From Entomortierella parvispora E1425 (Eukaryota > Fungi > Mortierellomycota), in contig BQFW01000010.1 of the NCBI GenBank assembly GCA_020891255.1, positions 62,001 through 126,000 on the forward strand: a DNA stretch of 64,000 nucleotides, given 5' to 3'. Made by a program: the position numbers and the translations under genes. A model generated the notes under the pieces. That model did not search any database, had not been told where the DNA came from, and saw only the letters and a list, made by a program, of their open reading frames with translations. Within the stretch, counting starts at the first letter, position 1. Every line of letters begins with the position of its first letter. Positions 58,583 through 64,000 of the stretch are shown here, piece by piece.

Positions 58583-58971
58583 AAATTGGTTCCCTGATTG
58601 AAACAAAAACTCCACTATACACGAAGGCGCTGTGGTACCCATACCCTGCTCTACTGCAACCCCACCCCACCACCCCCCACACTCCCATTTCCATTCGCAC
58701 TCCACTCCACTCCGCACCATTTTTGTACAATAATAAATGATTTTTTTTTTCTATGCTTTTTCTTTTTGTCTTTGGCAAATGACAAGCTGAAAGATTAAAA
58801 ACAGAAACTATGAAAGAAAGGAGGACAGAAAAGACTCTATAATATGACAATGGGTGGTGGTGGTGTTTTGGGAATGGTAAAACAAAGATACAACTATAAG
58901 AAGAAAAAGAGACAAAAGGGGAGGACGAAACAAAGAATATCGCTTCCCTTTTTCATTCCATTTTCTTGAAT

Positions 58972-60213
58972 TTAATCGGTGGACTGGACAACGCCGACCT
59001 GGGCAGGACGCAAGACGCGACCCTTGATCATGAAGCCAATCTTTTGGACATCAAAGACGGTACCGGGCTCCTTGCCGGGCATGGGGACCTGGAAGTTGGC
59101 CTGGTGCATGTTGGGGTCAAACTTCTCGTTCAGGGGGTCAAAGGACTCGACACCATAACGCTTCAAGGTCTTCAAGAGCTCATCCCGAGTCATGGAAACA
59201 CCAGTGTGCAAGTTCTTCAAATGGGCGTTGGTCGAGGTCTCGGCAATCTCCTCGGCGGGAACGTTTTTGATCGCCATGGCGAGAATATCGGCCGTGTCCA
59301 AGAGATCCTTGGCAAACTTTTGGATGGCATAGTCCTTGGTGTTGGCGACCTCCTTGGCCGTCCGTTGACGCAAGTTCTCCATATCAGCAAGGGTGCGCAA
59401 CAAGCGGTCCTAAAAAATAGAGTTGGGGCAAGAGAGGTAAAAAGAGAGGAGATCGGTTAGATCAGGTCAGGTCAGGTCAAGTCTGGACGATCCATTTTGT
59501 TTTCCTGTTTTTGAGATAGAAGATCTATCTGCAGGGGGGGGGAGGGGGGCTGAAAGGAAGTTGGGAAATGGGGAGCCGGGGAGTTGGGGAGTTGAGGAGT
59601 TGGATGAAGATTGAGGGGTAGAGGAAAGATGGGTCCTTTGTCGCTTTCCCCGCCTGATCCCAATGGCGTCCAATGCGATAATGCTATCATGCTGGATCAG
59701 ATCGCCGCTTTCCTTTGAAGTTGCAACGTTGTGGAGACAAGACCCTGCACCCCAACCCAATCCCCGTAGACTCGTTTTTTTTTTTTCCTTTTTCTTCCAT
59801 AAACCAGTCCTGTCTGCGCGGTCAGCGATAGTAATCCAGGGACGCCAGTTGAAGAAAAGGCGATTTGATTCGCTGGTCCGGCTGTTCGTCTGTGTTGGGT
59901 CTTTTGTGATTCTTTTCTTATTTACCTTGACCTCAGCAAGCTGCTTGTCCTTGGCGGCCAAAGCCTCCTCATGCACGCTCTTCTCGCTCTTCTCGGCCGA
60001 CTCTGTTGATGGGGCGGCGTCAGTCTTGGCGTCTGATCCTGCCTCTGCTGCAGCTGGTGATGATGAAGTCTTCTCGTCCTTGGTATCCTTGTTGTTGTTT
60101 TCGGTCGAGTAGAAACGGGCAGCCCAGGAGGCAGCAACGGGCCTCGTGGGGGCAGATGTGACGGCGGCGACGCGGACGGTCTTGAGGATCGAGCTCTTGA
60201 TCAGCATGGACAT
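58972..60213 (-). CDS. MGE1: Mitochondrial GrpE nucleotide-exchange factor
   Basis: Exons 60213-59926 and 59409-58972. Presequence-like N-terminus; LRTLADMENLRQRT, FAKDLLDTAD, KFDPNMHQA, GRVLRPAQVGV. Confidence 0.95.
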
Positions 60214-60649
60214 GATTGTAATATGTAATGGGGAAGGGGAGACGGAATGAGGAAGAAAGAAGGAAAAGAAGGGGAAAAGAAGGAAAAGGAAAGAATCAAC
60301 GGGAAGGAGGGGGGGAGAGGAGATTGAAAAGTTGCGCTGATCGGGATGGATTCAGTTCGATTGATGATCGGATCAGTCTGAATGGGGCGGATGTGGGCGA
60401 GAGACGTGTGCAGGAACAGAGGGCGTGGGGTGGACGACGATGCACGGCGGCCATGTGCAGTTAGAGAGGGCTCGTTGCTGCGGGACTGCTCTTTTTTTTG
60501 TCTTTGTCTTCCCAACTGCGTTGTATTTTTTTTCTTTTTTTTTCTTTTTGCATCAATCAACTCTTCAAACAAACAACGGCGAACCCCACCCCAGGAGACT
60601 CGGACTTTTTGCATTTCTTTCCCTTCTTCACATACACACATCCCATATA

Positions 60650-62489
<1,840 letters not shown>

Positions 62490-63572
62490 ACAAAGAAAGG
62501 ACGAATCAGAGATAGCTCCAGGAGAAATGAACAGACTGGTGACTATCTGCACACATCATTATTAAAACAAAAAAGTAAAAAGTCCAATGTGCAATGGTGT
62601 TCTCGTTCATTGTATGGTCCAATGGTGACCAACGTTTGCATGTAGCGTTATCCGTTTCGCTCCATGTGCGACATGGGACGGGTTGGAAACAAGGCGCGTT
62701 TGAGCAAAACTAGACAGGCAGTCTGTCCGTTAAGCCGTTAAGCAGTAAAATGCCAAAAAAAAAAAAAAAAAATGCATTCGGGCAAAAGGCAAGTCGCCGA
62801 TCGCGAAACAACCACATAGCCAAATCTGTTAAGATCACTCAAGGGTCACGGACCTGCAACTCTGCTGGCTGTGGCAAAGATGCATTGGCTGTGCGAATGC
62901 CTGGTGTGCGACATAACAAAAACGCGAACGAGAGCCAGAGAGAAGAAAAAGGAAATAATCGGCGGCGTGCCGCCAGCATACCAATCAACGCCAGGCATGA
63001 AGCAAAGCTCCTTTTCAAGAAGGCGGTGACCGAGTGGGATGGAAGGAGAAGATGCAGTTACATGATCCCGTCCCCCTCGCTCGGTCTTTCGCCGCGTCTG
63101 TTACCGTGCACTCTGCTTGCATTGCCTTTGCTTTTCAAACAAGAATCGAAGAAACGACCGGGTAACTGCTTTTTTTGTTGTCTGCTGCTGTTGGTGTCGG
63201 GCGGCCTGTTTCGTGTTCTGTTATTGTCCTTGGCAGTGCTTCTCCTCGCCAACCATTGGTGCCAAAGTTTTTTCGCCATTTTTTTTTCTATTTTCCTTCA
63301 TCTTCTTTCCCCTCTTGTTCTTGTTCTTGTTCTTCTTTGTTCCTCTTATATCCACCCATTGCCTTCGCGAAAAACGCACCCATCGCTCTTTGAAAGTTGT
63401 CCCCTTCCACGCAGCCTATATTCTGCTTGTCATCTCCCTTTTGCACTTCTTCATCCTCCTTGTTCCCCCTTATACCGATCAATTTGTTAGCTCAGGAACA
63501 GACTTTTTTTATATTCTCTCTCACCCTCCTATATACCCACAACCACCGCCATCACGACCATCGACCGCCACC

Positions 63573-64000
63573 ATGTCTTTCCATGTCCCTGGCGAGGAAC
63601 TCGACTTTACCATCTACGGAGGAGCCAACACCAGTCAACTGCAGCTGTCTCCTGTTCAACTGTCCAAGCTGTACAAGCAACAACGCGTCAAGGACGAACA
63701 AGAAGGACCGGATCTGACAGGATACCAAACTGGCATCTTTGATAGGGACCTCGTTGGTAACATCGCACGCGCCTTGTATTAATGGTGTTGTTGTTTGGTC
63801 CAAAAAAAACAACAAAAAAACCAGGCTCTCTTTCCCTTTCTGACACACATCCCTTCATCCTCCCTTTCATTTTTGCACTGATGTTCTTCTTTCGTCTAGG
63901 TGGCCGAGCTTCCCGAGAGAGAAAGAAGAAACGATCCTCGATTGCCTTTGTAGACCAACAACCCCCTTCGAGAGCATCGTCTCAGCAACGACAGCACCAG
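63573..64000 (+). CDS. Hypothetical protein, 5' portion only
   Basis: ATG in good context (ccgccaccATG); exon 63573-63775, intron to 63899, frame open to the window end (LWPSFPREKEETILDCLCRP). Family not recognised. Confidence 0.6.

Noticed and set aside
62750-63490. 246-aa ORF between RVB1 and the last gene
   Set aside because: Composition reflects poly-A and pyrimidine-rich promoter sequence (Lys run, then Phe/Leu/Ser-rich); no domain evidence.

Overview
Intron-rich fungal genomic DNA, most consistent with a Mortierellaceae/Mucoromycota genome (inference from expanded F-box/RNI-like genes, a GT10 fucosyltransferase and intron style). Conserved housekeeping genes (PEF1-like, RCC1-like, TMEM170, LSM1, NSE4, CYP, SKT5/CHS4, NPT1, Sec7-PH GEF, MGE1, RVB1) flank two accessory zones. 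(1) About 28.2-38.9 kb is an inverted duplication of a head-to-head two-gene module: two intact, convergent, 8-exon paralogs with a C-terminal PD-(D/E)xK-like fold, two pseudogenised partner genes, a third decayed copy and a 305-bp tandem duplication. (2) About 45.1-51.8 kb holds a 5'-truncated non-LTR retrotransposon relic directly upstream of, and divergent from, a very large 5-exon Fanzor1-type (TnpB-derived, RuvC) gene of about 1,575 aa. That gene retains all three RuvC acidic residues and the zinc finger. It also has a roughly 400-aa N-terminal extension, one +1 frameshift in an A9 run, a hairpin-rich 3' end (candidate omegaRNA scaffold) and an intron-like segment starting just after its stop. 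All exon structures were built by eye from GT/GC-AG signals and reading-frame continuity; no database search was run.
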